Made by a program: the position numbers and the translations under genes | The notes under the pieces: generated by a model | What the model saw: only the letters and a program-made list of their open reading frames with translations | What the model was told of the DNA's origin: nothing | Databases searched by the model: none | Source of the DNA: Octopus vulgaris | Lineage: Eukaryota | Reading direction: 5' to 3' | Assembly: GCA_951406725.2 (NCBI GenBank) | Contig: OX597830.1 | Coordinates: 18,662,001 to 18,726,000, forward strand | DNA length: 64,000 nucleotides | Part shown: piece after piece, positions 1 through 12,610 of the stretch | Layout: each line of letters opens with the position of its first letter | Numbering within the stretch: position 1 is the first letter of the stretch

Positions 1-259
1 TTTATAGTGAAAACAAAATTTCCATTCAAATGGCAATTACCAGAATATTTTTGATTATAGTTAGCTTGTATATATATATACACACATATAAATACACACA
101 CATGAAGATGCCAACTTGACATCTTTATATTGATTTGTTGCTTTGACATCAGATCATCTTTTTATAGGATAGGATCAATGCAATCAGTTGAGTTGATTTA
201 GCATACATCTTGTGTCAAGTTTTATTGACTCGGATTTGAAGGGAAACAATTTAATATTC

Positions 260-550
260 AACAATTGCAGCGTGGAAGGTGTTTATAAGCCATTTAAGAA
301 ACACACAAAAGCCGTTCGATTCACTTCAACATTTAAGTTTAAATCCGTGCTGCACGATTTTTGTCAGTGAACAGGTCGCGGTCTTAAAGCGACGAAAATA
401 TTTTGACAAATTAAACTTAAATGTTGAAGTGAATCGAACAGCTTTTGTGTGTTTCTTAAATGGCTTATAAACACCTTCCACGCTGCAATTGTTTTCGTTT
501 CAGCACACGATCTCAGATAAAATTACTTGCTATGCAAGTACATTTCCATA
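260..550. mobile_element. Fold-back element (Penelope pseudo-LTR-like) carrying a hammerhead-like motif
   Basis: Inverted arms ~260-342 / ~412-493 (aacaattgcagcgtggaagg...ccttccacgctgcaattgtt); second, non-foldback copy on - strand at ~49838-50040. Confidence 0.7.
360..410 (+). ncRNA. Minimal hammerhead ribozyme-like motif, G3:C8 core variant
   Basis: stem I tttgtca/tgacaaa; core GTGAACA (367-373); stem II gtcgc/gcgac; GAAA (394-397); palindromic stem III aatatt; then T as H17. Confidence 0.55.
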
Positions 551-574
551 ATTTAATATTCTATTGGTTTAGAC

Positions 575-837
575 TGGTATTTCTCAACCATTCTTTACCT
601 ATGGATCCCCATTGATTCCTATTTCATGCAGGTGGACCCTTGTAGTCATTCAATAATAATTTTTAAAATCTTATGTTTTCATAATTAACTATTATTAGAA
701 ATTCTATAGAAAAGATTATTAGAATATTTTTTGTTTGTAAAAGTATAACCAGTTTATTGCAGATAAATTTTAACAACAAAACCTTATAGTGGACCCACCC
801 CTCCAAGGGCCACATGGACCCCAACTGAGAATCCCTG
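575..837. mobile_element. hAT/Charlie-like MITE (decayed)
   Basis: Degenerate TIRs (tggtatttctcaacc / actgagaatccctg) with 8-bp TSD gtttagac/gtatagac. Confidence 0.55.
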
Positions 838-922
838 GTATAGACACAGCCACCTGTACTCTGAATTGATTCAATGTTTAGTCCTTAGTTCTGCTCAAAC
901 ATATTTTTGGCATTATGTAGTT

Positions 923-1048
923 TTCTTCTTCTTCTTCTTCTTCTTCTTCTTCTTCTTCTTCTTCTTCTTCTTCTTCTTCTTCTTCTTCTTCTTCTTCTTC
1001 TTCTTCTTCTTCTTCTTCTTCTTCTTCTTCTTCTTCTTCTTCTTCTTC
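923..1048. repeat. (TTC)42 perfect microsatellite
   Basis: Uninterrupted trinucleotide run; explains the poly-F ORF. Confidence 0.95.
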
Positions 1049-1259
1049 CAATCAGGACTCACGCCATTAGCCACAGAGAATAATCTCTAATTTGAGCAGA
1101 CTCTAAGCTACATTGTTATCCTCATTCTGTAAACAGTGGCTTTTAACAGGTGGAGAGCTGAACCATCCTGGGGTTCAGAGGATTCTCAATCTAGACTAGG
1201 GTCTGAAAGTTTACCACACCATAGTGGGTTACACCATGGTTCCTCTCCTTTGTGGCAGA

Positions 1260-1446
1260 AGTAGGAAGAAAGAGTGAGAGAAAGTTGTGGTGAAAGAGTA
1301 CAGTGCCCCCCCCTCCCGACTGGAGCCTCATGGAGCTTAGGTATTTTTGCTCAATAAACATTCACAATGACCGGTCTGGGAATCAAAACCACGTTCTTAT
1401 GACCGCAAGTCCGCTGCCCTAACTACTGGGCCATTGCGCATCCACT
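1260..1446 (-). mobile_element. tRNA-derived SINE fragment (same family as 25771-26070)
   Basis: Reverse complement shows A box tggcccagtagttag and B-box-like gttttgattccc; body matches the 25771 copy. Confidence 0.6.
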
Positions 1447-2169
1447 GTATATAGTTGTTGGTTGGTTGTTACTGTTGTTGTATAACCCCGTGTTGGCTCT
1501 TACTGAGCATGTCGTGAAGATCATACATTTGGCTAAGTTTGTTGTGGGTTGCAAAGAAATCTGTCATTTCAGGACTGGCCATTTGTGTGTGAGAGAAAAT
1601 TTTTTTTTTTTACATCTCAGATGAAGGGATTGTCTAGCAACATCAGATTCTTTCTCTCCCAACAACATATAAATTTATCCAGTCTCATGGATTTCACCAT
1701 GTTATTTTTGATGATGCAGACTACCACCACCCAGTCAACTGCCATCACCACCACCACTGCTATCACCATCTTCACTACCACCACCACCATCTCACTTCCG
1801 TTGCCATCACCATTTTTCTCAGACTCTGATGTTTTTTACCTAAGGCTTGTGTTGTTGTTTAGCCCTAATTTGGCTAACAAACATTAAAAACAAATTTCTT
1901 TTTTTTAGCATAATTGTACCCTTGGGTATTATTATCCAGTGTGTCTCCTTTTTTAACTGGCCAGAGTTTAATGTAAAAGAGATCTATCTGCTCTTTTAAG
2001 TAGATAGGGTGACCAGAGGGAGGTTCCTTTCTATTGATTTATACATGGTTAATTAAACAACTGAGTAAGACCCACAAATTTCTTCTGTACATTTACGACT
2101 GAATCTTATATTGTCATTCTTTGGTCAGAATTCAAACTGTAACCAACTTGCCTATTTATTTATTATATT

Positions 2170-2340
2170 CTTTTCTACTCTAAGCACAAGGCCCGAAATT
2201 GGGTGGTGGGTGGGGACAGTTAATTAGATCGACCTTAGTACGCAACTGGTACTTAATTTATCGACCTTAATAGGATGAAAGGCAAAGTCGACTTCAGCGG
2301 AATTTGAACTCAGAACGTAAAGACAGATGAAATACCGCAC
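2170..2340 (-). mobile_element. Nin-domain-like SINE fragment
   Basis: ggatgaaaggcaaagtcgac...gcggaatttgaactcagaacg, shared with many copies in the window. Confidence 0.75.
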
Positions 2341-4140
2341 GAAATATAGCATAATAATCCTTTTCTGTTGAAGTGATTGTGTGGTATTTCATCTTATTAC
2401 TTATTATTATTGAAAATGGACTGTTAGTCATTAAGTTATTTTTAAAAACACTTGTTAGAAATCATTAATATTCTGGTCTCTTACGAAATCAAATATTAAT
2501 ATTTTTGTCTCAGTACCATCTTTATGTGCTAATGTTAATAGTTAAATCAATGTATGTTGAAGTTAAGTATTTGGTTCCAAGAAACATCTGCTAGATGAAT
2601 CTTGAAATGAAATACTTTAATATATAAGATCTGGTTGTATGGTAAGAAGTTTGCTTCCCAATCCTATGGTTTTAGGTTCAGTTCCACAATGCAGCACCTT
2701 GAGCAAGTGTCTTCTTCTATATCCTCAGGCTGACCAAAGCTTTGTGAGTGGATTTGGTGGACGGAAACTGAAAGTGGCCTGTTGTATGTACTGTTAACTG
2801 AGCCCTACAGGCTAAGTTTCTCAATCAAACTGTTTTAAATAATATTGATAATAATAATAACAATAATAACTAAGGGGGCCCATGGATATTTCATGGAATT
2901 AATGGTAAAGCTATAGGGTTATTTCTGAAAATTTTATCCAAAAAACCTGAACATGTAGCTTCTGTTGTGTCTGTATGGAAAGCTAGTTGCTCATCTGCTA
3001 CTCATTGAAAAGTGTAAGAAATTTGAATACGATGATTACTTAATGGTACTTTATATACTTTATGCAAAATTTTATAGACTTAATACACATTCTCATAAAA
3101 TAAATATTCACTCTTGTTTTTCCATCCTCCCTGCAAATATTCTGTACATATGATACAACCTTTAGTTAAATTGCATATATTTGCCATGTAAATAAGCATA
3201 AATATTTCACGGAATTGCACTTAGGTGCATATGTTAAGTGATAGATGATATAAAAAACTTAATTCACTTAAAAACAAATACACTTTCCACTATCCAGTCA
3301 CCAATGCCACTACCACCATCATCATCATCTCTTTCTACCATAGCATCATCTTCTCTCTCCCTCCTCTCTCTCCCCCCCTCTCTCTCTGTCACCATGCTAA
3401 AATTATATTTTTTACTCTCTCCTTCTATATCATCACTACCTTCAGCTAACTTTTTTAACCACATAATAAATATTACATTCTCCCTACCTCACATCATGGA
3501 CACTTCTCTCTCCCTCTTTTTCCTTTCTCCCTCTTTCTGTCTCATTTTCACCTTATCCTCTTACTCTCTTTCTCCTCTCTTTCCTTTCAACTAATCATGT
3601 GAAAGCATTACAATTACATTCCCTCTACCTCATGTCATGGACGCTTCTCTCTCCCTCTTTTCTTTCTCCCTCTTTTTCTCTAATCCCATGAAAGCATTAC
3701 CGGCAGGCTAAATAATGCAATGACAAGCAGAATTATTATAAGATCCTTTCTATCATAGGCACAAGGCCTGAAATTTTGGGGGAGGGCTTGTCAATTCTAA
3801 CGGTTCTGCCAGCTCACCACCTTAATAATAATAACAACAACAATAGTAATAATAATAATAGTATATATATATGTGTGTGTGTGTGTGCATGTTTGAGCGT
3901 GTCTTTTTGTCTGTGTTTGTTCCCCACCATCATTTGACAACGGGTATTGGTGTGTTTATGTTCCTGTAACTAGGCAGTTCAGCAAAAGACACTGACAAAA
4001 TAAGAACCAGGCTTTAAAAAAAAGAAAGATTAAGTACTGGGGTCATTCGAATTCATTCGACTAAAATAATTCTTCGGGGCAGTGCCCCAGCATGGACATG
4101 CTCTGATAACTAAAACAAGTAAAAGATGTATGAAAAATAT

Positions 4141-4538
4141 CTTTTACCTTTTATTTGTTTCTGTCATTTGACTGCGGCCATGCTGGGGCACCTCCTTGAA
4201 GGGTTTTTAGTTGAATAACCTAGCCCCAGGACTTATTTGTTTTAAAGCCTACTACTTATTCTATTGGCCTCTTTTTGCCAAACTGCTAAGAGGATGTAAA
4301 CACACCAACACCGGTTGTCAAGCGGTGGTGGGGGACAAACACAAACACAAAGGCACACACACACACACACACACACACACAATAGGCTTCTTTCAGTTTC
4401 CTTCTACCAAATTCACTTACAAGGTTTTGGTCAGCCCAAGGCTATAGTATAAGACACTTGCCCTAGGTGCCATGCTGTGGGACAGAATCCAGAACCATGT
4501 GGTTGGAAAGTAAGCCTTTTACCACACAGCCATGCCTG
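4141..4538 (-). mobile_element. tRNA-headed ~400-bp SINE (family A), diverged copy
   Basis: Same head, CORE-like segment, (CA)n middle and tail as copies at 12788, 32244, 41131. Confidence 0.8.
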
Positions 4539-4886
4539 TAATTTCCAGCTCTGAATTTCTGGAACCACCATTGATACCGGCTTACACTTATTGTCCTATC
4601 CCCATATACTGCATTAATATTCCTTGCATTTTCTATTGCATTGTTGCTGTTATTGAACTCATAGAGCAAAATATGCTGAGTATAAATCTTTATCACTTGC
4701 ATTACAGCTTTGGAACAATAACTGTTAAAATCAAACTGCACTCTTCAAAACTTACACTAAGAATAAGGACAAGGTAAAATTACTACCTGCTCTTATAGCA
4801 AGTTGATACAGGTAGTTTATCCTGTCCCCCTCCGACTTTTATCTTGTGCAATTGAAAAAACTGCATTATTTTTGGGATGATCCAAT
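4539..4886 (-). mobile_element. Mariner transposon 5' fragment (N-terminal HTH of transposase)
   Basis: ORF 4463-4741(-) HILLYEFNNSNNAIENARNINAVYGDRTISVSRYQWWFQKFRAGN is typical of the mariner HTH region; TIR-like end tattggatcatccc. Confidence 0.8.
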
Positions 4887-5332
4887 ACTTGTCAGGTGTA
4901 TGCATCATTTCATTAATTATACCCTTTCAGGACACGTCTTCACAGCAAATGTAATTAATAAAAGGTAACAATATTTGCTAATATACTAAGATTTTAGATA
5001 ATTAGCAAGAAAAAAAATATGGTTAATGATTATTAATAGAATTATAATAACTATATAATCTATCTGTTCAATTAATGTTTCAAGTGCATATCACTTTAAA
5101 ATGATTACCTGCATCATTAGTCTAAGATACATGAGGATATAATTAGAGCCTTTTGGAAACAAGGGATAACACCAAGCTTTTGCTGGTGAACTATGAATCC
5201 TACCTGCTTCCTACACTTTGCGATACAACTGGAGTGAGAACTTAACATCTTGATTTTTCATCTGTGTGAGTGTATACATATATAAATGTGTGTGTATGTA
5301 TGCATATGTGTGTATATATGTATGTGTGTGTA

Positions 5333-5369
<37 letters not shown>

Positions 5370-5374
<5 letters not shown>

Positions 5375-5565
5375 TTCAGCAAAATTTAGATTCAGATGAA
5401 TATGGTACTTAAGTTAAATGCACCAGAATTTTGTATGGTATTATCCATATAAATCAAATGGGGTGATTATAATCAAAATAAGCAACAAGGATATCCAAGG
5501 TAGTGTAGTATCCAAGGTAGAGAAATGATTGTACTACTCTACCTTGGATATCCTTGTTGCTTATT

Positions 5566-5576
<11 letters not shown>
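5370..5576. mobile_element. Fold-back element in a (TA)n tract, PLE-like architecture
   Basis: ~45-bp inverted arms attataatcaaaataagcaacaaggatatccaaggtag (5466-5510) / 5532-5576. Confidence 0.5.
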
Positions 5577-5617
<41 letters not shown>

Positions 5618-5657
5618 ATAACTCAATGTACATAGACACACGTTGTATGCGCAACAC

Positions 5658-5691
<34 letters not shown>

Positions 5692-6482
5692 GTATATGTA
5701 TGTATGTGCATATGAATACAAAAATTTAATATAGCAGTGTGTCCTGGTTTGTAGGTCGCTCTGCCAGTCTCCAACCATGTGGGGAGGATAGAAAGAAAAG
5801 TGGCTCATGTGTTTGTATCTCACTTCCTCCACATGCACACCACTGTGTATGTGTGCGTACATACATGTGTGTGGAAGGAGGGGCAATTAATCTTGTTTCC
5901 ATGCTGAGCATCCTCCCTTAATGGAATGGTTACCCATCTCTTCCTAGCTGCTGTCCTGGTTGTAAGAGAAAAACAAATACTGTACCTATGTGACCTATAG
6001 CAGTATCCCTTACCGAAAACATGTTTCTGATTTCCCTTAGAATATATTTCTAAAATGCAGTGTATGTATATTTGTGTGTATATGTGCATACCCTGATAAA
6101 CCAGAATATTTTCACATATCTAAAGATTTCAAGGAGTTGATATTAATCATTGGCAAGTTTAGAAAATATTACATATATAGCAGTCTCTTAGCTTAATTGT
6201 ACGGAGCGTTCAGCCAGAATTTGAGAGGTACAGGGTTTGATTCCATGTGGAGGCTTGCTCTCTCATGGCCACAGCCATTGGGCTGAAGCTTATAAAAGAA
6301 TATATATATAACTATTGATGTGTTCATTGCATGACAAATTACCATACAACTTTGGGGCTTGAATTTCTGCTATGTTAAACTTTCGTGGTATAATGCTGTC
6401 AATGGAGCATAAATATAGAATGGGGTCTATTATGTAGTAACAAGAACCACACACACACACTCACACACATTTGTGTATGTAT

Positions 6483-6514
<32 letters not shown>

Positions 6515-6539
6515 GTGTGTGTATATATATGTATATATA

Positions 6540-6587
<48 letters not shown>

Positions 6588-6720
6588 TTAGAGACAAAAC
6601 CACTATTTTGCAAAACAAACAAGGAAAGACTTAATCAATACATAATCCTAAATCTGATTTTTTTTCCCTGTAAATTTGGATTTATTCCCTAATATTTATT
6701 ATTATATATATATATATATA

Positions 6721-6910
6721 TACTCTTTTACTTGTTTCAGTCATTTGACTGTGGCCATGCTGGAGCACCACCTTTAATTGAGTTTATCGACTGCAGGACT
6801 TATTCATTGTAAACCTAGTACTTATTCTATTGGTCTCTTTTGCCGAACCGCTAAGTTACAGGGATGTAAACACAGAGACACAAACATACACACACACACA
6901 CACACATACA

Positions 6911-6944
<34 letters not shown>

Positions 6945-7110
6945 CGACGGGCTTCTTTCTGTTTCTGTCTACCAAATCTACTCACAAGGCTTTGGTCGGC
7001 CCGAGGCTATAGTAGAAGACACTTGCCCAAGATGCCACGCAGTGGGATTGAACATGAAACCATGTGGTTCATAAGCAAGCTACTTACCACACATCCACTC
7101 CTACACCTAT
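6721..7110 (-). mobile_element. SINE family A, near full length
   Basis: tactcttttacttgtttcagtcatttgactg...ccacacatccactcc; tRNA-like A/B boxes on - strand. Confidence 0.9.
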
Positions 7111-7649
7111 ATATATATATATATATAATAGAAAATTTAAACAAATACTTATAATTAGATTAGTGTGTTTAAATGTTGAGTTGAGCACCACCACAGTTTA
7201 GGCTATCCAGTGTGTATGTTTCATTTCCTGTACTTTACAAATATATTTGTTGGACAAATATGTTTTATATTATTTGAGGTACTTTTCCTGCTGCTAGCCT
7301 TAACCTTCACCTGGTTTTCAAGAAAGGAATCCCTTTTAACACTCTGCCTTGAAGGCTCAAAATGTCTGGACAATTTGTTGACAGAATAACTGACAACCAC
7401 CACAATACTGCCCACCGTAGCTATCATAAAATGCAATCACATTTGTAAGTGAAACCACAGTGACATACACACAAACACACATACATATACAAACATTCAG
7501 CTTCCACCTACCAAAATGCTCTTACAAGGCTTTGGTCTGTTGGTATTATTGTAGGACACTTGCTAAACAGTAGGGTTGAACCCAAAGCCATGTGACAGGA
7601 AGCAAACTTCTCAACAACAAAGCCTTTGTGCATGTGTGTTACACATACC

Positions 7650-7882
7650 TATTTCTTTACGACCCACAAGGGGCTAAACACAGAGAGGACAAACAAGGAC
7701 AGACAAATGGATTAAGTCGATTATATCGACCCCAGTGCGTAACTGGTACTTATTTAATCGACCCTGAAAGGATGAAAGGCAAAGTCAACCTTGGCAGAAT
7801 TTGAACTCAGAACGTAACGGCAGACGAAATAACACTAAGCATTTCGCCCGGCATGCTAAAGACTCTGCCAGTTCACCACCTT
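7650..7882 (-). mobile_element. Nin-domain-like SINE (family B), full length
   Basis: Head aaggtggtgaactggcag, Nin-like gcctttcatcctttc.gggtcgat; flanking direct repeat atgtgtgttacacata. Confidence 0.85.
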
Positions 7883-8448
7883 ATGTGCCATATGTGTGTT
7901 ACACATATTCACATACATACACATGCGTGCATGCATGCACACACACACACACATACACACACACACACACAACATATTCTTTGAACATAATTCAAGCGAC
8001 TTGGGATTAAAAGCCAACATGAGAAGCCTAACTGTTAATACATTCTATTCATAATTGGACAGCGTAACTGTCAGTATGGAAACCGGACACAAAAGGATGA
8101 TGATGAGGATATAGGGAACCAATCTTCACCAAACTTTGTATATTTGTTGAACTAACAACCAGTTCAATTATAGGCTAACTGGATTTCAATAAAAATCGAT
8201 AATGGACAGACTACAGGGGTTGGGCTATTACATGATAAAATGAGAGGGGTGCAAAAGTGTTAGGTTGAAGGAAATGTGGTAGAATGAGAGTTGCTGATAT
8301 CAGAGGAGTGGAGGCGACAGGAAGAGATAGATACACAGGGAATGAGAAAGACAGACTGAGAGAATGACAAACAAGGATGTCTTTCATATATATAAAACAG
8401 TTTTTGTGTGTGTGTGTGTGTGAATGTGAATGTGTGTGTGTCTTCCTT

Positions 8449-8697
8449 ATGCATTCAAAAACTGAGTTGCTGATTTTGATGTATGGGATATCAAAAGATT
8501 CAGTAATCTTTCAACTACCAAATAAACTTTATTTTCAATTACATATTTGTATTACAAAAAATTTACATTATAATTTTTCTATAAGTCAGCTATCATAAAC
8601 ATTCTGTAGCATGACGACAACGTCACATTTTCTATATGAATGTCTACCTTAAAAGACATCCATTTCTCTATATGTGATGACGAAATACAGTCACTCA

Positions 8698-8731
<34 letters not shown>

Positions 8732-9510
8732 TGCACATATATATACAAAAGAGATGTATACATATGTATTTTTGTATGTGCATATGAAAGATGTGTGTGT
8801 AAGAGAGAGAGAGAGACCGAGTGAGTGCCACTTACACATGATAACACACTATCACTCACTCTCATTATCTCTCACACATATGCATGTATGCGTGCGTGCA
8901 CACACACACACACACACACACATACATGTCCATTTCTTATACATGAACATACATCTTTCATTTTCTCCTCTCTTTCACTTTCCACTCTCACTTCAAAACA
9001 AATGTCATGGTTTCACTTTCTCTTCTCTTTCAATTTTTGCTCTCTTCAAAGCATAAAAAAATTTTCTTTTAAATTTACGGAAATTCACAAATGCATTCGA
9101 AAACTGAGTTGCCGATTTTGATGTATGGGCGATCAAAAGATTCAGTAATCTTACGGCTATCAAATAAACTTTATTTTTACTTGCATATTTGCATTACAAA
9201 AATTTAACATTATAATCTTTCATATGCATGTGAAAGATAATGTGCATGTGTGTGAGAGAGAGAGAGAGCAAGTGAGTGCCACTTACACATACATGCAAAA
9301 AATACATACATGACAACACACACCTTCACTCACTCACTCTCTCTCTCTCACATACACACATGCATACAGACACATCCATTTGATTTACACTTACATACAT
9401 CTTTCACCTCCTCTCTTTCACTTTCTGCTCTCTAAAGCAAATGTCGCTTTTTCACTTTCAATTTCATCTCTCTTCAAAGCATAAAGAAATAAAAAAAATT
9501 TAGAGAAATT
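8449..9510. repeat. Degenerate tandem duplication (~640-bp unit plus partial copy)
   Basis: atgcattc.aaaactgagttgc.gattttgatgtatggg starts at 8449 and 9092; downstream blocks are collinear. Confidence 0.75.
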
Positions 9511-10951
9511 AATGAACAATCATATGATCCCATATGATTAAGTTGACAACCTTCCTACTTCTAATGAAGGAATGCCATAAAATAACTTCCTTTAGCACAC
9601 ATGCATGCACACACACACACATGCACACACACACACATCCTAGATAAAACTTCTGTATGACTTATGTTATTTCTTGCTATGTGCATGAGCAAAATTACAG
9701 CTCAAGTCCAATTTGATATCACCTTTTTCTATTCTGTAATTTGTGTTTGTGATGAGTGTATTTAAAAACCTGATCTTCAATAAGGAAGTTCTTCCAGAAA
9801 TCCTACCTTTTGTTTCTAGCATGTCTGAGGTGACATTTGTGCCCACCCCACTGATATTTTTCCTAAATTTCTTCCAATTCCTATGTTTTTAAAACAGGAA
9901 ATTAGGATTTCACCCCAAAAAACACATTCTCAATATTTTAATTTTCTCCCTTCCCATCTCAATTTCTTCTCTTTTTACTTTTTCTGAATTTTTTCTTGGT
10001 AATCCACAGAGAAAACAAAAACACAGAAGACGAATTTTAAGAATTTTCTTCTTTCTTTTTTCTCAAAGACACACTAAAATCTCCTTCCCAAACATCCACT
10101 CATCACCTCACCACTTTCAAAAAGCTACAAGCTCCCAATGTTTCACTTTTAGCTTTTTAGAAAGTAAGGAAGTTTCTTCAGAAATAATGTTGTTTACCTG
10201 TTATTTCTAGCATGTTGGGTTTTCTGGTGGTGCTCTAATATTTTTTACATCTGCTATTTTAGTACAATTCTACGCATGCCTGAAGCATCAGATGAAAGTG
10301 AAACATAGGGTGTTTTTAGCTTTTTGAAAGCAGGTAGGTGATGGGTAGGAAAGGTGGGGGCATTGAGTATTTCTTTAAGAAAAAATTAAACTTAAAAAAA
10401 AATATATTTCCCAGATTCGTTATCTCTGTATTTTTCTACATGTATAAAAAAAAATATTCGTAAAAAAGGTAAAGATTAAGAAATTGCGATGGGGGCGGGG
10501 GTTAAAGAGTCAGAATAGATGCCTCGCAGTATTTATTATTCTAACTCTTATGTTCTAAGTTCAAATCCAGCTTTGGTCAACTGTGCCATCTATATATCTG
10601 GATTCAATGAAATATAAAGCTAGCCAAAAGCCATGATTAATTTTATCAACTATCCTCTCCCTGAAAATTTCTGTCTCTGTACCTGTGCCTGAAACAGTTT
10701 TTATGTATCTTAATTGTTCATGCACTCCATATTCTTAATATGGTAAAACTGTCTAAGGTGACTAACTGGTAGAGTCATTACCATGGTTGGCAAAATGCTT
10801 AGTGGTATTTCATCTGTTTTGATGTTTTGAGTTCAGATTCTGTCAAGGCTGACTTTGCCTTTCATTTTTCCAGAGTTACTAAAATAGGTACCAGCTGAGT
10901 ACTTTGGTCAATGTAACTGACTTGTCCCCTTCCCCAAATTTGCTGACTAAA

Positions 10952-11163
10952 CCCTTTCGTTACCACATTTATTTTGAGATGCTCTGTGTTTCTTTCAATT
11001 ATTTTAAATATAACAAAGAATTTAGTAAAATAACTTATTTATCATTAAGCTAGTGTTGGGAACATAAATTGTGACTAAGGTTTGGTGGAAGATTTCAATT
11101 CAAAACTTATGAAAACAAGACATTTGTACTACAGAGCCAGAGCTGGTCTCAGCAACGAAAGGG
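10952..11163. mobile_element. piggyBac-type (TTAA) MITE family D
   Basis: ccctttcgtt...aacgaaaggg termini, TTAA on right side; six copies in the window. Confidence 0.85.
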
Positions 11164-11520
11164 TTAATACTGTAGATGTATTATGTTTGTTATCCCTTTT
11201 CTTACCATTCTTACCATAAATCTGTTGAAATTTAGTCCAGATACGGCTGTGTAGTTAAAAAGCTTGCTTTGCAATCCTGTGGGTTCAGGTTCTGTTTCCA
11301 CTGTGTGTCACCTTGAGCAAATGTCTTCGACTGTAACCTTGAGCCAACCAGTCCATCATCAATGAGTTCAGTAAACAAAAGACAAAATTTGTGTGGAAGC
11401 CTTTCGTGTGTGTGTGTGTGTGTGTGTGTGTGTTGTTCACCCTCCCATCAACTGACAGTCAGTGTTGGTTTGTTTATGTCACTGTAACTTATCACTTCGG
11501 TTTAAGAGACCAATATAATA

Positions 11521-11843
11521 AGGCACATGGTTTAGTGGTTAGGGGCATTTGGTTCATGATCGTAAGGTTGTGAGTTCAATTCCCGGCGGTGTGTTGTGTC
11601 CTTGAGCAAGACATTTTATTTCACATTGCTCCAGTCCACTCAGCTGACAAAAATGAGTAGTACCTGTATTTCAAAGGGTCAGCCTTGTCACACTCTATGT
11701 CAGGCTGACTCTCCCAGAGAACTATGTTAAGGGTACACATGTTTGTGGAGTGCTCAGCCACTTGCATGTTAATTTCACGAGCAAAACTGTTCCGTTGATC
11801 GTTTCAGCTGGGACCCTTGTCATTGCAACCAACGGAGTGCTCC
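11521..11843 (+). mobile_element. tRNA-derived SINE with Meta/CORE-like central domain
   Basis: tggtttagtggttagg A box, gagttcaattccc B box, gtgtccttgagcaagaca segment. Confidence 0.75.
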
Positions 11844-12093
11844 TTAATAAATATCAGAGTTTGAAGAATAAGTACAACGGTCAGTTTGTTTAACTGAAAA
11901 TCCTTGAAGGTAGTGTCGCAGAATAGCTGCAGTCCAACCACTGAAAGACATAAATGACAAACAATATACTGCCTTCACTTTAATTTTAAAAGAATTTAGT
12001 AAAAGAACTTTGTCATTCTTATTCCAATTTTTGGAACATACCATGAAATTTTGATGGAAGATTTTTATATAGATCACTTTAAAACAGTTCTAT

Positions 12094-12610
12094 CAGTTCT
12101 ATATTTAAGAGATGAGGAATTATGTACATTATTTACATTCGATGGATATTTGTCCTCATCTTGTTTGTTGTTAACACAATGTTTCGGCTGATATACCCTC
12201 CAGCCTTCATCAGGTGTCTTGGGGAAATTTCAAACCTGGGTTCTCTTTCCTAAGGTATTTTTCTATGTTATTATTATTATTATTATAACTGCTATGCCAT
12301 ATGCCCGTAGGCATATGGCGTAGTGGTTAGGAGTGTGGGGTACTAACCCCAAGATTCTGAGTTTGATTCCAAGCAGTGACCTGAACAATAACAACAATAA
12401 TAATAATAATAATAATGATAATAATAATAATAATAATAATAATCATAATAATTATAATAATAATAACAACATAGAAAAATAGCTTAGGAATGAGAACCTA
12501 GGTTCGAAATTTCCCCCAAACATCTGAAGAAGGCTGGAGGGTATATCAGCCAAAATGTTATGTTAACAACAAACAAGAAGAGGAAATATATTCGTCGATT
12601 GTAAATAATA
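12094..12610. mobile_element. tRNA-headed, hammerhead-bearing fold-back retroelement
   Basis: Inverted arms ~12127-12290 / ~12450-12610, each with an HHR motif, enclosing a tRNA-like head (12308-12383) and (AAT)n. Confidence 0.7.
12173..12218 (-). ncRNA. Minimal hammerhead ribozyme motif, canonical CUGAUGA core
   Basis: - strand: gacac CTGATGA a ggctg-loop-cagcc GAAA ca T T gtgtt. Confidence 0.7.

Noticed and set aside
866-1090. Poly-Phe ORF
   Set aside because: Translation of (TTC)42; no coding evidence.
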